This document shows, piece by piece, positions 21,049-32,056 of a stretch of 64,000 nt of DNA (its first letter is position 1; each line of letters starts with the position of its first letter). Both the position numbers and the translations under genes were made by a program. Location of the stretch: contig OY759316.1 in NCBI GenBank assembly GCA_963662275.1, positions 3,232,001-3,296,000 of the forward strand, in the 5' to 3' direction. This DNA is from Candidatus Cloacimonadales bacterium (lineage in GTDB: Bacteria; Cloacimonadota; Cloacimonadia; Cloacimonadales; DAONDQ01). Below the pieces are notes generated by a model. The model was not told the origin of the DNA, searched no databases, and worked only from the letters and a program-made list of their open reading frames with translations.

Positions 21049-22938
21049 ATGGAAAAACTCACACAAGAACAATTAATAACCATAGCAAACCAGGCAAAAC
21101 TGGCACGCAGCCATATATTAAAAATGACTACTCTCGCCAATTCAGGTCATCTCGGTGGTTCCTTGTCAACAATCGATATGATGATGACTTTGTATCATAT
21201 GATTAAAGTGGATCCAAAGAATCCGGATTGGGATAGGAGAGATCGGGTGATCATCAGTAATGGACACATTTCCCCAGCGGTTTATTCGACTTTGGGACAA
21301 CTGGGTTTCTTCCCTATTGATGATGCCGTCACTCATTTCCGCCAAGCTGGCAGTATTTATGAAGGACATGTTGAAAGAGACGTTCCCGGAGTCGAATGGG
21401 GTACCGGAAACCTGGGGCAGGGTCTTTCTGCTGCAGTTGGGATGGCTCTGGCATGCAGAATGCACAATATCGATAATCATTTTTATGTATTCATGGGAGA
21501 TGGTGAACAACAGAAAGGACAAATCAGTGAAGCGCGACGTTTTGCTTTTAAATATGGTTTGAAGAATATCACAGTCTTGATTGATTACAATCAGTTACAG
21601 ATCAGCGGCAATATACATCGTGTGATGCCACAAAACATCATTGAGAATTTTGTTTCCGATGGTTGGGATTTCATCGAAGTACAAGGACATGATATCGGTC
21701 AAATTGGTAATGCGCTTCTGAAAACACAACACAGCAATGCCCCCACATTGATTTTAGGTCATACAATTATGGGGAAAGGTGTTCCCTTCATCGAGAACCA
21801 GGAAAAGTATCATGGATCCCCACTGACAGAGGCGCAATTAGCAGAAGCTCTACAAATACTGGGGTTTGAAAATGATCTTCCCCGTTTTAAAGAGAAAAGA
21901 AATTCTGCAACATTGCACTGTTTTCACAGGGAATTTGGGTTCAAACCTGAAATCAAGATAGGTTCAAAACACATCTATGATAAAGCAACGGATAATCGTT
22001 CCGCATGGGGAACGGCAATTGCTGAACTTGCAGTTTTGAATATTGATTCAAAAACGCCAATTGCTGTTTTTGACTGTGATCTCCAGGCAAGCGTAAAAAC
22101 TGGAGATTTTGAGAAAGCAACACCCAAAGCATTTTTCCAGGGTGGCATTATGGAGCACAATACAGCAGTCATGGCAGGTGCTATGTCAACAGTCGGAGTC
22201 CAAGCTTTTTGGGCTGAATTCGGTGTATTCGGAATAGATGAAGTCTATAATATGCAACGATTGAATGATATCAATAAAGCAAATATCAAACTAATAACCA
22301 CGCATGTCGGAATAGATGTCGGTGAAGATGGTAAAACGCACCAGTGTATCGATTATGTGGGTTTAATGCATAATCTATATCACTTCAAGGTAATCGTTCC
22401 AGCAGACCCGAATCAGACCGATCAGGCAGTCAGATGGGCTGCTTCCATATATGGAAACGTGCTCATTGCGATGGGACGTTCCAAACTAGATATTATTCGG
22501 AAAATGGATGGTTCAATATACTATGATGCAAATCATGAATTCGTATATGGAAAGGCAGACCAGCTTCGTGAAGGCAAGAAAGCAGCATTATTTGTTACTG
22601 GCACTCCGGCACCGAGAGCTGTAAAAGTAATCGATCTGCTTGCCTCAGAAGGTATCGATATCCAATTATGGAATATGGCAACACCATTGTCTATGGACGA
22701 TATTGCACTACAAAAAGCTGCAAAAACGGGATTAATCTTTACTTATGAAGATCATAATTCCCAAACTGGAATGGGTGCTATCATAACTAATAGACTGAAT
22801 GAATTGAACTTATTCGTACCGGTCATTAAGTTTGGCGTTGAAGATTATGCCTGTTCAGGTGCATCTGATGATGTATTCAAGCTATGTAAATTAGATGAAG
22901 ATTCGATATACAGAAGAATAAAGAAACATCTTTCCTAA
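21049..22938 (+). CDS. tkt: Transketolase (single chain)
   Basis: 'SGHLGGSLS', 'SNGH', 'TGNLGQG', 'GDGEQQKG', 'GEDGKTHQ'. Confidence 0.92.
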   Translation: MEKLTQEQLITIANQAKLARSHILKMTTLANSGHLGGSLSTIDMMMTLYHMIKVDPKNPDWDRRDRVIISNGHISPAVYSTLGQLGFFPIDDAVTHFRQAGSIYEGHVERDVPGVEWGTGNLGQGLSAAVGMALACRMHNIDNHFYVFMGDGEQQKGQISEARRFAFKYGLKNITVLIDYNQLQISGNIHRVMPQNIIENFVSDGWDFIEVQGHDIGQIGNALLKTQHSNAPTLILGHTIMGKGVPFIENQEKYHGSPLTEAQLAEALQILGFENDLPRFKEKRNSATLHCFHREFGFKPEIKIGSKHIYDKATDNRSAWGTAIAELAVLNIDSKTPIAVFDCDLQASVKTGDFEKATPKAFFQGGIMEHNTAVMAGAMSTVGVQAFWAEFGVFGIDEVYNMQRLNDINKANIKLITTHVGIDVGEDGKTHQCIDYVGLMHNLYHFKVIVPADPNQTDQAVRWAASIYGNVLIAMGRSKLDIIRKMDGSIYYDANHEFVYGKADQLREGKKAALFVTGTPAPRAVKVIDLLASEGIDIQLWNMATPLSMDDIALQKAAKTGLIFTYEDHNSQTGMGAIITNRLNELNLFVPVIKFGVEDYACSGASDDVFKLCKLDEDSIYRRIKKHLS

Positions 22939-23043
22939 ATTGAGAAAAGCAAGTTTCTTTAGGACTAAGATAAGCGAGGATTTACGCTATATGCTGAATA
23001 TTTTTCAGATCACTGACTAGAAAGTTTGAAAATAGAATAGCAT

Positions 23044-23074
23044 AAAAAAAGGGGGACTTAAAGTCCCCCTTTTT
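23044..23074. terminator. Bidirectional intrinsic terminator
   Basis: aaaaaaagggggactt-a-aagtccccctttt between convergent genes. Confidence 0.9.
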
Positions 23075-23087
23075 CATATAGCATTAC

Positions 23088-25460
23088 TTATTTAGCTCCG
23101 TAAACATCCGTAAAGATCTGACTGAACATGCTTTTCATGTCATCAGTTTTCATGTATGATAAAGGAAATGTAAATAAGTAGCATTTATTGTAACTGTTCT
23201 GTGTCGTATACTTTAATGCCACAGGTTTTGTTGTATATAAGTCATAATCTGCCTGTGTAGGTGAGTAATTATCCTGTCCCGGAGTTTTTGACCCATATTT
23301 GTAAAGGCTAACTGCTCCAGGAGCAATCTGATTGATATATGAAACAGCCCCCAAACCGTGTCTATTGGAAATTATCGCATAGAAAGGAGTCGTCAATTCA
23401 AGATTTACATCCGGATACTGACTAACAAGAGAAACTCCTTTAATAAACCATGGTTTCGCTGTATAACTACTCCCTGGAATACTTAAAATAGCAGAAGTAA
23501 CATCACCAACTCCAAAATATTCTGTCAGAAGATTCACTTGATTATTATCTGTTTCTTTCTTTACAAATAAATCGCTAAGCGCTGTGAGATTACTGCATCC
23601 GGAAATAACCATATTCCCGCCACTATTCAGATACAGAGATAAAGCATCGTATTCTTTCACCAAATTAGCAGTATTGGTGCCAGCACCAGCGTCAGCATGA
23701 TAGATAATCAATTTGTATTTTTGCAGATCAGAATATGAAACTTTACGTAAACGAATGTCCGTATTAGTAACACTCAAGCTTTGATAATCAATTTGCGCAC
23801 CAGTAGCTCCATGTTGTGCAAGAGCATCCGAAATAAAGGACGTATAAAGTGAATCTGTTTTTACATCAGGTGTATAGGCTTGGTTTGCGTCATCGTCCCA
23901 TACCAGGACATCCTTACGCTGTTCTTTTGGTAATGGATCGGCAAGATAAAAACTAAATACTGCAGGTGTTGGATCAGTGATGTCCTGTAAGTCTCTCGCT
24001 CGTACTTCAAAAGTGTGCAATCCGGGACTCAAATTCGTTAACACGATACTCTGTGCTATTGGATCGGTAAGATTTAATCTCAACCATCTTGTAGTACCGT
24101 CAGGATCAGTAAAAATATGACTAGCCAGAGGTGGGAAGTTATATGGCTGTCCATCAAGACGAATATCAAAACCTGTAACTTCGCTGTAATAATTAATATC
24201 TGTTGAAGAATCAAGAAGGGTGTCTAATTTTCTATCAAAAGGATAATCAGTAATTGTAATTAATCCTGTCCCAGAAATTTTCCCATATTCTCCATGCCAA
24301 CCCCAGCGGAGCGTAACTTTTAGATTTGGACTATAAACAGCAGCATATCTTCCCTCTTTATCTTTAAAGAAAGGAGTTGCATAATGAGCAATACTGCCTG
24401 AAAAGGTTAAAGGCCAAACTTCCGGTATAGCTGCATTAACATAGTTGTAATCTAAATAATGATTATCTCCAACAGCATAAACTCTCTCCATATAAAACAT
24501 AGTTTGAGGATTGTAACCGTCTTTAACGGCAAACCTAAGTATGCCCAATTCTGATTTAATACCTGCAAGATCATAGGCACGTGCTTTAATGATTGTTTTG
24601 GTTTTCTGGACTTCACCCTCAAAATCAGCATGCAGCGCAGGGTTTGTAAGCTTTGTCAGTAAATATTCATTGTTTTTGGCTAATCCTGCTGTACTAATCC
24701 AGTTTGGAGTTCTTAAAGTTACCTCATTCGTAGTCAAATTTGAATCATATATAGCAAATTCATAATGCGTAGCAATAGAGGTCAGGAAGGGATCAGAATC
24801 AATAATACCAAAGCTCAGTTTCAAACCGGAACCAACAGGACCACCATTCGGGTTACCCTTTGTTGTTGTTAACGTAACTTGTGGAGTCCTGGAAGTAGCA
24901 TGGAAATAGCGAATAACTTTATTACTGATTGTGTTCCGATTATCAATACAGATAATTTCAAACTGACTGATTTTAGGAAGAGAATCTCCATTGGCATTAG
25001 CCGCAGGAAAATTGATTGTAGCATATTTTTGTAGAGTCCAGATACTCTTTTTAGCATTCGGACTGTCTAATGGTATGGATTGATCAGCACCTGGCTTATA
25101 ATGCAATGCCCACCCGTATTTGTTTGGTGAAATAGCTTTCACTTCACTAGGTGTAAACTCTCCGGTTGCGTCAATTGTTGTATAGCCTGGCGTTGGTATA
25201 GGATCTCCATTTTTATCCAAGACACGGAAAGCAAATCCTTTTATCGAACCGTCAACGTCAGTCGCATTCCAATAGATTTTGGCTTGGAATGATTGAAGAG
25301 GGAGATTTGTAGAATCCGCAGCTCCCTCATATGAAGTAATCTGGATGGTGGGAGCAACATTTGCTTTCAATTTACCTTTGTCACAGCCTGTAATCAGCAT
25401 CATAGACATGAGCAAAAGAAAAATTGCTATAATCGACGTACTCTGGATAACTTTCCGCAT
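23088..25460 (-). CDS. Large lipoprotein of unknown function
   Basis: Lipobox 'LITGC'; GGAGG RBS before MRKVIQ; Ig/FN3-like segments ('GLHTFEVRARD..DPTPA'). Confidence 0.75.
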   Translation of the reverse strand: MRKVIQSTSIIAIFLLLMSMMLITGCDKGKLKANVAPTIQITSYEGAADSTNLPLQSFQAKIYWNATDVDGSIKGFAFRVLDKNGDPIPTPGYTTIDATGEFTPSEVKAISPNKYGWALHYKPGADQSIPLDSPNAKKSIWTLQKYATINFPAANANGDSLPKISQFEIICIDNRNTISNKVIRYFHATSRTPQVTLTTTKGNPNGGPVGSGLKLSFGIIDSDPFLTSIATHYEFAIYDSNLTTNEVTLRTPNWISTAGLAKNNEYLLTKLTNPALHADFEGEVQKTKTIIKARAYDLAGIKSELGILRFAVKDGYNPQTMFYMERVYAVGDNHYLDYNYVNAAIPEVWPLTFSGSIAHYATPFFKDKEGRYAAVYSPNLKVTLRWGWHGEYGKISGTGLITITDYPFDRKLDTLLDSSTDINYYSEVTGFDIRLDGQPYNFPPLASHIFTDPDGTTRWLRLNLTDPIAQSIVLTNLSPGLHTFEVRARDLQDITDPTPAVFSFYLADPLPKEQRKDVLVWDDDANQAYTPDVKTDSLYTSFISDALAQHGATGAQIDYQSLSVTNTDIRLRKVSYSDLQKYKLIIYHADAGAGTNTANLVKEYDALSLYLNSGGNMVISGCSNLTALSDLFVKKETDNNQVNLLTEYFGVGDVTSAILSIPGSSYTAKPWFIKGVSLVSQYPDVNLELTTPFYAIISNRHGLGAVSYINQIAPGAVSLYKYGSKTPGQDNYSPTQADYDLYTTKPVALKYTTQNSYNKCYLFTFPLSYMKTDDMKSMFSQIFTDVYGAK

Positions 25461-25539
25461 ACTATCCTCCAATATCTTATCTATCTGTTAAATGCAATTT
25501 TTGAACTTTATTTCCATTTAATTTAATTCAGTCAATAAA

Positions 25540-26412
25540 TTATTTAGCTTTTTCTTGGGAATCTTTCGCCTGGAGCGTATTTTTAAGCAACCGGTATGTT
25601 GTAACACTACCCACTCCCCCTGGAACAGGAGAGATTGCTTGAGCAGTATCCAGACAATCATGATAATCTACATCGCCCACATAAGAGGCATTAGAATCAG
25701 CATCGATCACTTCATTTATACCTACATCCAGGACAATAGCTCCTTGTTTCAGCATATTGTGTGTGACATATTTTGGTTTACCAATGGCAACAATTAAGAT
25801 ATCTGCCTGACAAGTGATTTCTTGCATATTCGGAGTTTGGCTATGGCAAACAGAAACTGTTGCATTTCCCAATTTTGCTTTTTGAAGCAGCAAATTCGCC
25901 AAAGGCTTTCCCACGATACAACTCCTTCCGATGATTACTACATGCTTTCCTTTCGGATCGATTTTGTAGTAATCCATCATTTCCAGAACGGCTGCAGGTG
26001 TGCAAGGAATAAGTCCATCATTTTCCAGAATGATATTGCCTAGATTGAAAGGATGAAGACCATCAACATCTTTGGACGGGTCAATAGCTAAAACGATTTG
26101 CTCTTCATCTATCAATGCGGGTAAAGGCTTTTGCAGCATAATACCGTTTATCTGTGAATCCTGGTTGAGTTGATAAACAAGCTGTTTCAATTCAGCTTGA
26201 GAAGTGTCTATGGGAAGACGATGCACATTGATAATGATACCAACTTTTGCTCCCTGTTTTTCAACATTTTGCACATAGAAGCGGGAAGCTGGTTCGTCAC
26301 CTAAAACGATTATATCTAATCGGGGTTTTACTAGTAAATGCTCGATTTCTGTGGCTAGTGCAGCATATTTTTCCTTGAGAAGTGGCTTTGCACTTAAAAT
26401 GATTGTATTCAC
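25540..26412 (-). CDS. folD: Methylenetetrahydrofolate dehydrogenase/cyclohydrolase
   Basis: 'KDVDGLHP', 'PCTPAA', 'GRSCIVGKP', 'GDVD', 'PVPGGVG'. Confidence 0.95.
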   Translation of the reverse strand: MNTIILSAKPLLKEKYAALATEIEHLLVKPRLDIIVLGDEPASRFYVQNVEKQGAKVGIIINVHRLPIDTSQAELKQLVYQLNQDSQINGIMLQKPLPALIDEEQIVLAIDPSKDVDGLHPFNLGNIILENDGLIPCTPAAVLEMMDYYKIDPKGKHVVIIGRSCIVGKPLANLLLQKAKLGNATVSVCHSQTPNMQEITCQADILIVAIGKPKYVTHNMLKQGAIVLDVGINEVIDADSNASYVGDVDYHDCLDTAQAISPVPGGVGSVTTYRLLKNTLQAKDSQEKAK

Positions 26413-27188
26413 ACTTTATTTCTCACTCGTTTGATGCATGTTGCCAATCCTGTATCTGCATTGATTTCGATGATTACACCGTTAACTTGGTTTCCACTAT
26501 CTGCAACTTCATATCTTAACGGCATTCCAGTAGTCATTTTAGCAATAATGATTTCTTTTTTAATACCAATGACTGAATCATGAGGTCCAGTCATACCTGC
26601 ATCAGTAAGATATGCAGTTCCGTTAGGTAAGATTTCCTCGTCTGCTGTCTGAATATGAGTATGAGTACCTATCATGGCACTTATTCTGCCATCAAAATTC
26701 AAACCGAAAGCTCTTTTTTCAGCAGTGGATTCAGCGTGGAAATCGACGAAAATATTCCTAGTATGTTCATTTAAAATGGGTAAAAGCTCTTCCATAATAA
26801 AGTAAGGTGAAAGAGCAGTAGTCATAAAAGCCTGACCGACAAGAGATACAACAGCTAGTTTCTCACCGTTTGCACAGTTTGCCAGGATATATTGATATCC
26901 AATCGCACCTGAAGGATAATTCGCAGGTCTGATGATTCGTTTTTCATTCCGAATATATTCATGAGACTCCTGTTTATCCCACAAGTGGTTTCCGCTGGTA
27001 AGGACATCGATTCCTGCGGTGAAAAGCTCTTTTGCAGTACGTTCTGTGACACCACGTCCATCGGCAATGTTCTCACAATTTGCAATGCAGATATCAATCT
27101 CATTTTCCTTTCGAAGATAGGGAACATAATCCTGAGCGATTGCTCGCCCAGGTTTTCCAAATATATCACCTAAAAATAAGATTCGCAT
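26409..27188 (-). CDS. ymdB: YmdB-like metallophosphoesterase (TIGR00282 type)
   Basis: 'GDIFGKPG', 'TSGNH', 'DFHAESTAEK', 'GTHTHIQTADE'; directly downstream of rny. Confidence 0.93.
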   Translation of the reverse strand: MRILFLGDIFGKPGRAIAQDYVPYLRKENEIDICIANCENIADGRGVTERTAKELFTAGIDVLTSGNHLWDKQESHEYIRNEKRIIRPANYPSGAIGYQYILANCANGEKLAVVSLVGQAFMTTALSPYFIMEELLPILNEHTRNIFVDFHAESTAEKRAFGLNFDGRISAMIGTHTHIQTADEEILPNGTAYLTDAGMTGPHDSVIGIKKEIIIAKMTTGMPLRYEVADSGNQVNGVIIEINADTGLATCIKRVRNKV

Positions 27189-28747
27189 TATTTCGCCACA
27201 GCAACTTGCCTTGTTTCTCGAATCACAGTTACCTTGATTTGACCTGGATATTGCATTTCCTTTTCAATCCGGGCAGCGATATCTGTAGCAATAAATACTG
27301 TCTGATTATCATCCACCGTACTCGGTTCAACCATGATGCGTAATTCACGACCAGCTTGAATCGCATAGGATTTATTAACGCCTTCAATTGAATTGGCGAT
27401 TTCTTCTAATTTAGCTAAACGAGTCATATAGGTTTCCAGCATTTCACGACGCGCTCCGGGTCTTGCCCCGGAAATAGCATCAGATGCCTGCGCAAGAGCA
27501 GCATAAATAGAAATGGGTTCCACTTCTTCATGATGTGCTTCAATAGCATTCACAATGATCTTACTTTCTCCATTTTTCCTGGCAATATTGGCACCGAGAG
27601 CAGCATGAGAACCATCAAATTCATGGTCAATAGCTTTCCCCAGGTCATGTAATAGACCGGCTCTTCTGGCAATTTCCTGATCCAGACCAAGTTCTACGGC
27701 AAGAATACCACATATCCAAGCAGTTTCGATTGAATGTTGAAGAACGTTCTGTCCATAACTGGTACGGTAATGGAGACGACCCAAAAGTTTGATTAGGTTT
27801 GGAGATATTGTATGAATATTGGTTTCCAGCAAAGCTTTTTCACCAATGCGGATAAGATTTTCATCCATTTCCTTACGCGTTTTTTCCAGTACTTCTTCAA
27901 TACGTCCGGGATGAATACGACCGTCAAGTATCAGTTTTTCTAAGCTCAGACGGGCAATCTCACGTCTGACTGGATCAAAACAGGATAGAACCACTGCTTC
28001 AGGAGTATCGTCAATAATCAAATCAACCCCGGAAGCTTTCTCAAAGGCACGGATATTCCTGCCTTCGCGACCGATAATTCTTCCCTTCATCTCATCAGTT
28101 GGAAGAGAGACTACTGATACAGTAGTTTCAGATACATGATCGACTGCCATCCTTTGAATCGCAGTGGAGAGTATTTCAGCAGCCTTGGTGGTAGCATCCA
28201 GTTTCAATTGTTCCAGCATTTGCCTGACATCCGCAGCAGCTTGGATCTTAGCAGCTCCCAGTAATTCTTCACGAAGAGTCTGTAATGCTTCTTCCCTGGA
28301 CATTCCGGCAATTTCAGATAATTTATCTCTTTGATTTGCAATGATCTGTTCCAATTCCTCTTTCTTAAATTGGACTTCATCTTCCTTGACTTTGAAATTC
28401 TTTTCGATATCCATAAGGTTGGATTCTTTCTTATCCAGTGATTCCATTCGCTTATCAAGACTCAAAGCACGCTCGTTATATCGTTTTTCCATAGCGCGTA
28501 ATTCTTTTTGTCTTTCTTTGATTTCTTCTTCGTAAGTATTCTTTTTGCGGTACCATTCGTCTTTTGCTTCTAGAATTGTTTGCTTTTTCTGATTCTCAGT
28601 TTCAATTTTAGTATCTTCGATTAGTTTGGTCGAAATTTGCTTGGCATGAGAAATCATATTTAAAGCACGATTTCTTTGCGTGAAATAGATGACGAGTGAA
28701 ATACAAAAACCGGCTATGATACCGATTATTATGTATATAATTGTCAT
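27188..28747 (-). CDS. rny: Ribonuclease Y
   Basis: N-terminal TM and coiled coil, KH 'KGRIIGREGRNIR', HD 'LLHDLGKA', 'YAIQAGRE'. Confidence 0.97.
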   Translation of the reverse strand: MTIIYIIIGIIAGFCISLVIYFTQRNRALNMISHAKQISTKLIEDTKIETENQKKQTILEAKDEWYRKKNTYEEEIKERQKELRAMEKRYNERALSLDKRMESLDKKESNLMDIEKNFKVKEDEVQFKKEELEQIIANQRDKLSEIAGMSREEALQTLREELLGAAKIQAAADVRQMLEQLKLDATTKAAEILSTAIQRMAVDHVSETTVSVVSLPTDEMKGRIIGREGRNIRAFEKASGVDLIIDDTPEAVVLSCFDPVRREIARLSLEKLILDGRIHPGRIEEVLEKTRKEMDENLIRIGEKALLETNIHTISPNLIKLLGRLHYRTSYGQNVLQHSIETAWICGILAVELGLDQEIARRAGLLHDLGKAIDHEFDGSHAALGANIARKNGESKIIVNAIEAHHEEVEPISIYAALAQASDAISGARPGARREMLETYMTRLAKLEEIANSIEGVNKSYAIQAGRELRIMVEPSTVDDNQTVFIATDIAARIEKEMQYPGQIKVTVIRETRQVAVAK

Positions 28748-28767
28748 TGTTACCTCTTCATTTTATT

Positions 28768-28937
28768 AACCCGCAGTACCGTGTATGCTTGTCACTGATG
28801 AACCTTTTTTTTAAAGTGGGCATCTACCTTATCAGCTTTACCAATCCGGCTCGAAACCGGCTTAAGTGCTACCGGAGGCTCGATTCCCTCATCAAGCGTG
28901 GTTCTTTTTACAAAACATATCACAAATACTGCAGGAG
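28768..28937 (-). ncRNA. ssrS: 6S RNA
   Basis: About 170 nt between zapA and rny, a common ssrS context; complementary ends (CCUGCAGUAUUUGUG / CACGGUACUGCGGG) with GAACC...GGUUC inner pairing and A-rich bulge. Confidence 0.8.
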
Positions 28938-28938
28938 A

Positions 28939-29223
28939 TTAAATATCATTATCCGAAATAAATGTAGAAATCAGTTTATTGAGACGGTCAATTTCCTCTT
29001 TTAGAGATACGTTCAAATCTTGCAAATCGATCAAGTGTTCAGATAAGTTCAAGGAATTAAGGATGAGCAGTTTATTCTGATCAATGATGTCATATTTATC
29101 ATTCAGTTCTTCCAATTGCTCATTTAGTGAATTGGCAATCCGAATGATTTTGTCAGGATCATCTCCACGTAATTTAAACTTTCGACCGTAAATTTCAACT
29201 TCAACTGATTTCATCAAATTCAT
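28939..29223 (-). CDS. zapA: Cell division protein ZapA
   Basis: 'VEVEIYGRKFKL', 'LLILNSLNLS'; pheT-zapB-zapA-6S-rny synteny. Confidence 0.85.
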   Translation of the reverse strand: MNLMKSVEVEIYGRKFKLRGDDPDKIIRIANSLNEQLEELNDKYDIIDQNKLLILNSLNLSEHLIDLQDLNVSLKEEIDRLNKLISTFISDNDI

Positions 29224-29543
29224 TTTTCGGTCAGGGGAATCAGTTCATCGATCTGGGAAGTCAATTCATTGTCCAACTCTTCAAATTTGTTGATAAGATC
29301 GAACATATCCTCATTCTTCGATTCCAGGTCAGATAGTTGTCTTGTTTTATCTAGCAGTTGTTTATTTGTTTCATTCAACTGCTGATTTAAGTCTGTTTCT
29401 TTGTCTTTGGAATTCGACAATTCCTCTTTCAATTTTGCATACTCTGTTTCCAGGATGTCATATTTCTTCTTCATTTCTGAATAACCGTCGATTAATTTCT
29501 GTATTTTTTCCTGTAATCCAAATGCCGGTTTGTTATCAGTCAT
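29220..29543 (-). CDS. Coiled-coil protein (ZapB-like by position)
   Basis: Heptad-rich 107 aa between pheT and zapA. Confidence 0.7.
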   Translation of the reverse strand: MTDNKPAFGLQEKIQKLIDGYSEMKKKYDILETEYAKLKEELSNSKDKETDLNQQLNETNKQLLDKTRQLSDLESKNEDMFDLINKFEELDNELTSQIDELIPLTEK

Positions 29544-29546
29544 AGA

Positions 29547-31952
29547 TCACCTCATCTCTATGTTAAATTTTGTTTCTAGATTTCTAATAATTTTTTTTAT
29601 CATAAGATCGATTGTCTCATCCGTCAAGGTTTTTTCGTTAGAACCGATAATTAAGTTCATACTAACGCTATGCCATCCGGTTGGAAATTGCTTCCCTTCA
29701 TAGATATCGAAAAGTTCAACAGCCCTCAGTAATTCAATATTAGAAGTACGAATCTCATCCATAACGGTTCCGATTGACATAGATTGGGATATCAAAAAAG
29801 ATAGATCCCTCTGAACAGTTGGGTACTTGACGATTTCATGGAATGTATGAGAAACTTGTGGTTTGAGTTCCAGTAATCCATCAATATTGAAATCAAATAT
29901 CCAAGCATCCTGCTTGAAATCTGTCACTTCCAAGTCAAATTCTGCAAGGATTTTAGGATCAAGTTTACCGAATGAACCCAGACAAAATTCTCCACTCCAT
30001 ACATCGATTCCATTATCATTTAGAAAGAAAGGTTCGCATGATGTTCTAAAACTTGTATTTTCGATATGAAGCAGAGCAAACATATCTTCAAAGATTCCTT
30101 TCAGATCGTAGAAATCGAAGGACTGCGTTTTATCCTTCCAATGTATGGGATGAGCTTGTCCGGTGATAAAGCCGGAGATACGGTAAGGTTCAACTGCAAA
30201 GCCATCCTTCTTGGGGTGGAATACTTTATTGAGTTCGAAAAACTTGATGTTCTCTTCCCCATGATTGATATTATAAATAGCATTCTTGATCAACTGCGGA
30301 ATGAGAGTGGAACGCATAATACTGGCATTACCAGCTTGAGGGTTTAATATTTTAACAGGATTGCTTCGACTATCAGATTCTGATAAACGAAGCTTGGTTA
30401 ATAATTCCGGATCACTGAAACTTGTATTTATCACTTCATAAAAACCGATAGCTACAAAATAATCCTTCAGCTTCCTGTGGAGATAGAATTTATCCCAATT
30501 CATAATATCTGGAAGTCTTGGCTTTTCCTCTTTCGGATTATAGCCATGAAGACGGATAACCTCTTCAATTAAGTCTATCTCACGTGTCAGGTCTTTGCGA
30601 TAATCCGGTACTTCAAATAATAAAGCACTTTTCTCTTCACCCTTATAGATCAATCCTAGTGCCTGTAAATAAAAAATAATCGTTGGGTTATCGATTGTTA
30701 TCGCCATTAGCTTCCTGACTCTCTCCGGTCTTAAGCTGACAATCCATGAAGGTTTCGGATTGGGGTAACTATCAAGCACTCCTGCACATAATTCTCCACC
30801 TGCTACAGCGAGTATCAGTTCAGCAGCTCGAGCACTGACCACTTCTGCTTTTTCTGCGGATAGATTACGTTCAAAACGATAGGATGAATCAGTAAATATG
30901 TGATAACGATTGGAAGTCCTGCGAATAGTAGCATAGTCGAAACAGGCTGCTTCCAACACGATATTTGTTGTTGTTTCCGTGATATGTGAATTCTTCCCCC
31001 CAATGACACCTGCGAGTGCACTGGGTTTCTTACCGTCGGCAATGACAAGATCATCCGTTGTCAGATTGTATTCTTTTCCGTCAAGAGCTGGGAATAATTC
31101 ATTATTAACCGCTCTCCTGACAACGATTCGATGTTCCTGGAGCAGATCATAATCAAAGGCATGAAGAGGATGACCCATTTCAAACATGACAAAATTGGTG
31201 ACATCCACGACATTATTGATGGGTCTTGAACCTATAGCAATTAAATGTCTCTTTAGCCAATCAGGTGATTCCTGTATCTTCACATTACGAATCATACGGG
31301 CTAAGTAACGCGGACAACGCTCCGGTTCCAAGTTTTCCAGTTGCAGATATTTTTCAATGGGTTCATACTGTGTTAATTGTGGTTTACAAGGTAAATGCAG
31401 GGGTTTTTGCAGTAACGCTGACAGATCACGGGCTATTCCAATCATACCAAGTAAATCAGCTCGATTGGGAGTAATTTCTACTTCGATGACGGTATCTGCA
31501 ATATTCAGATAATCAACTACACTGACACCTAAAAGCGCATCTGACGGTAACTCAATGATGCCACTATGATCCTCTGAAATCTTCAATTCCTGTTCTGAAC
31601 AGATCATCCCATAGGATTCAACCCCCCTGAGTTTGACCTTTTTCAGTACAATATCACCAATCTTAGTGCCAATAGGAGCAAAAGCAACTTTCAATCCCTT
31701 TCGACAATTTGAAGCTCCGCAGACAACATCCAGTTGTTCTGTACCGGTATTCACAACACAATGAGATAGATGATTTGATCCTTCCACCGGTTCACATAGA
31801 AGTATTTCAGCCACGACAACAGAACGGATATCTTCACCGATCGACTGCACAGCTTCCACTTCGATACCAGCAAAAGTAAGTTTATCTTCAAGCTCTTTTT
31901 GTCCTAAGTCAATATCTATATACTCTTTCAGCCATTTTACACTGATTTGCAT
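29547..31952 (-). CDS. pheT: Phenylalanine--tRNA ligase beta subunit
   Basis: 'VVCGASN', 'RGVESYGMICS', 'ITPNRADLL', 'DLIEEVIRLHGY', 'YPTVQRDLSF'. Confidence 0.97.
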   Translation of the reverse strand: MQISVKWLKEYIDIDLGQKELEDKLTFAGIEVEAVQSIGEDIRSVVVAEILLCEPVEGSNHLSHCVVNTGTEQLDVVCGASNCRKGLKVAFAPIGTKIGDIVLKKVKLRGVESYGMICSEQELKISEDHSGIIELPSDALLGVSVVDYLNIADTVIEVEITPNRADLLGMIGIARDLSALLQKPLHLPCKPQLTQYEPIEKYLQLENLEPERCPRYLARMIRNVKIQESPDWLKRHLIAIGSRPINNVVDVTNFVMFEMGHPLHAFDYDLLQEHRIVVRRAVNNELFPALDGKEYNLTTDDLVIADGKKPSALAGVIGGKNSHITETTTNIVLEAACFDYATIRRTSNRYHIFTDSSYRFERNLSAEKAEVVSARAAELILAVAGGELCAGVLDSYPNPKPSWIVSLRPERVRKLMAITIDNPTIIFYLQALGLIYKGEEKSALLFEVPDYRKDLTREIDLIEEVIRLHGYNPKEEKPRLPDIMNWDKFYLHRKLKDYFVAIGFYEVINTSFSDPELLTKLRLSESDSRSNPVKILNPQAGNASIMRSTLIPQLIKNAIYNINHGEENIKFFELNKVFHPKKDGFAVEPYRISGFITGQAHPIHWKDKTQSFDFYDLKGIFEDMFALLHIENTSFRTSCEPFFLNDNGIDVWSGEFCLGSFGKLDPKILAEFDLEVTDFKQDAWIFDFNIDGLLELKPQVSHTFHEIVKYPTVQRDLSFLISQSMSIGTVMDEIRTSNIELLRAVELFDIYEGKQFPTGWHSVSMNLIIGSNEKTLTDETIDLMIKKIIRNLETKFNIEMR

Positions 31953-31978
31953 GCTTATCTACCTGTTTTCCTTATCTG

Positions 31979-32056
31979 CCTTCGCACTTCTCACTTCGTA
32001 CTTCGAACTTCCTATTTCTCTGCCTTCGCACTTCGCACTTCGTACTTCGTACTTCC
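31979..32056. repeat. Heptamer repeat (TTCGCAC/TTCGTAC) in the pheS-pheT spacer
   Basis: Direct reading; the same unit occurs at about 35000-35037. Confidence 0.85.
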
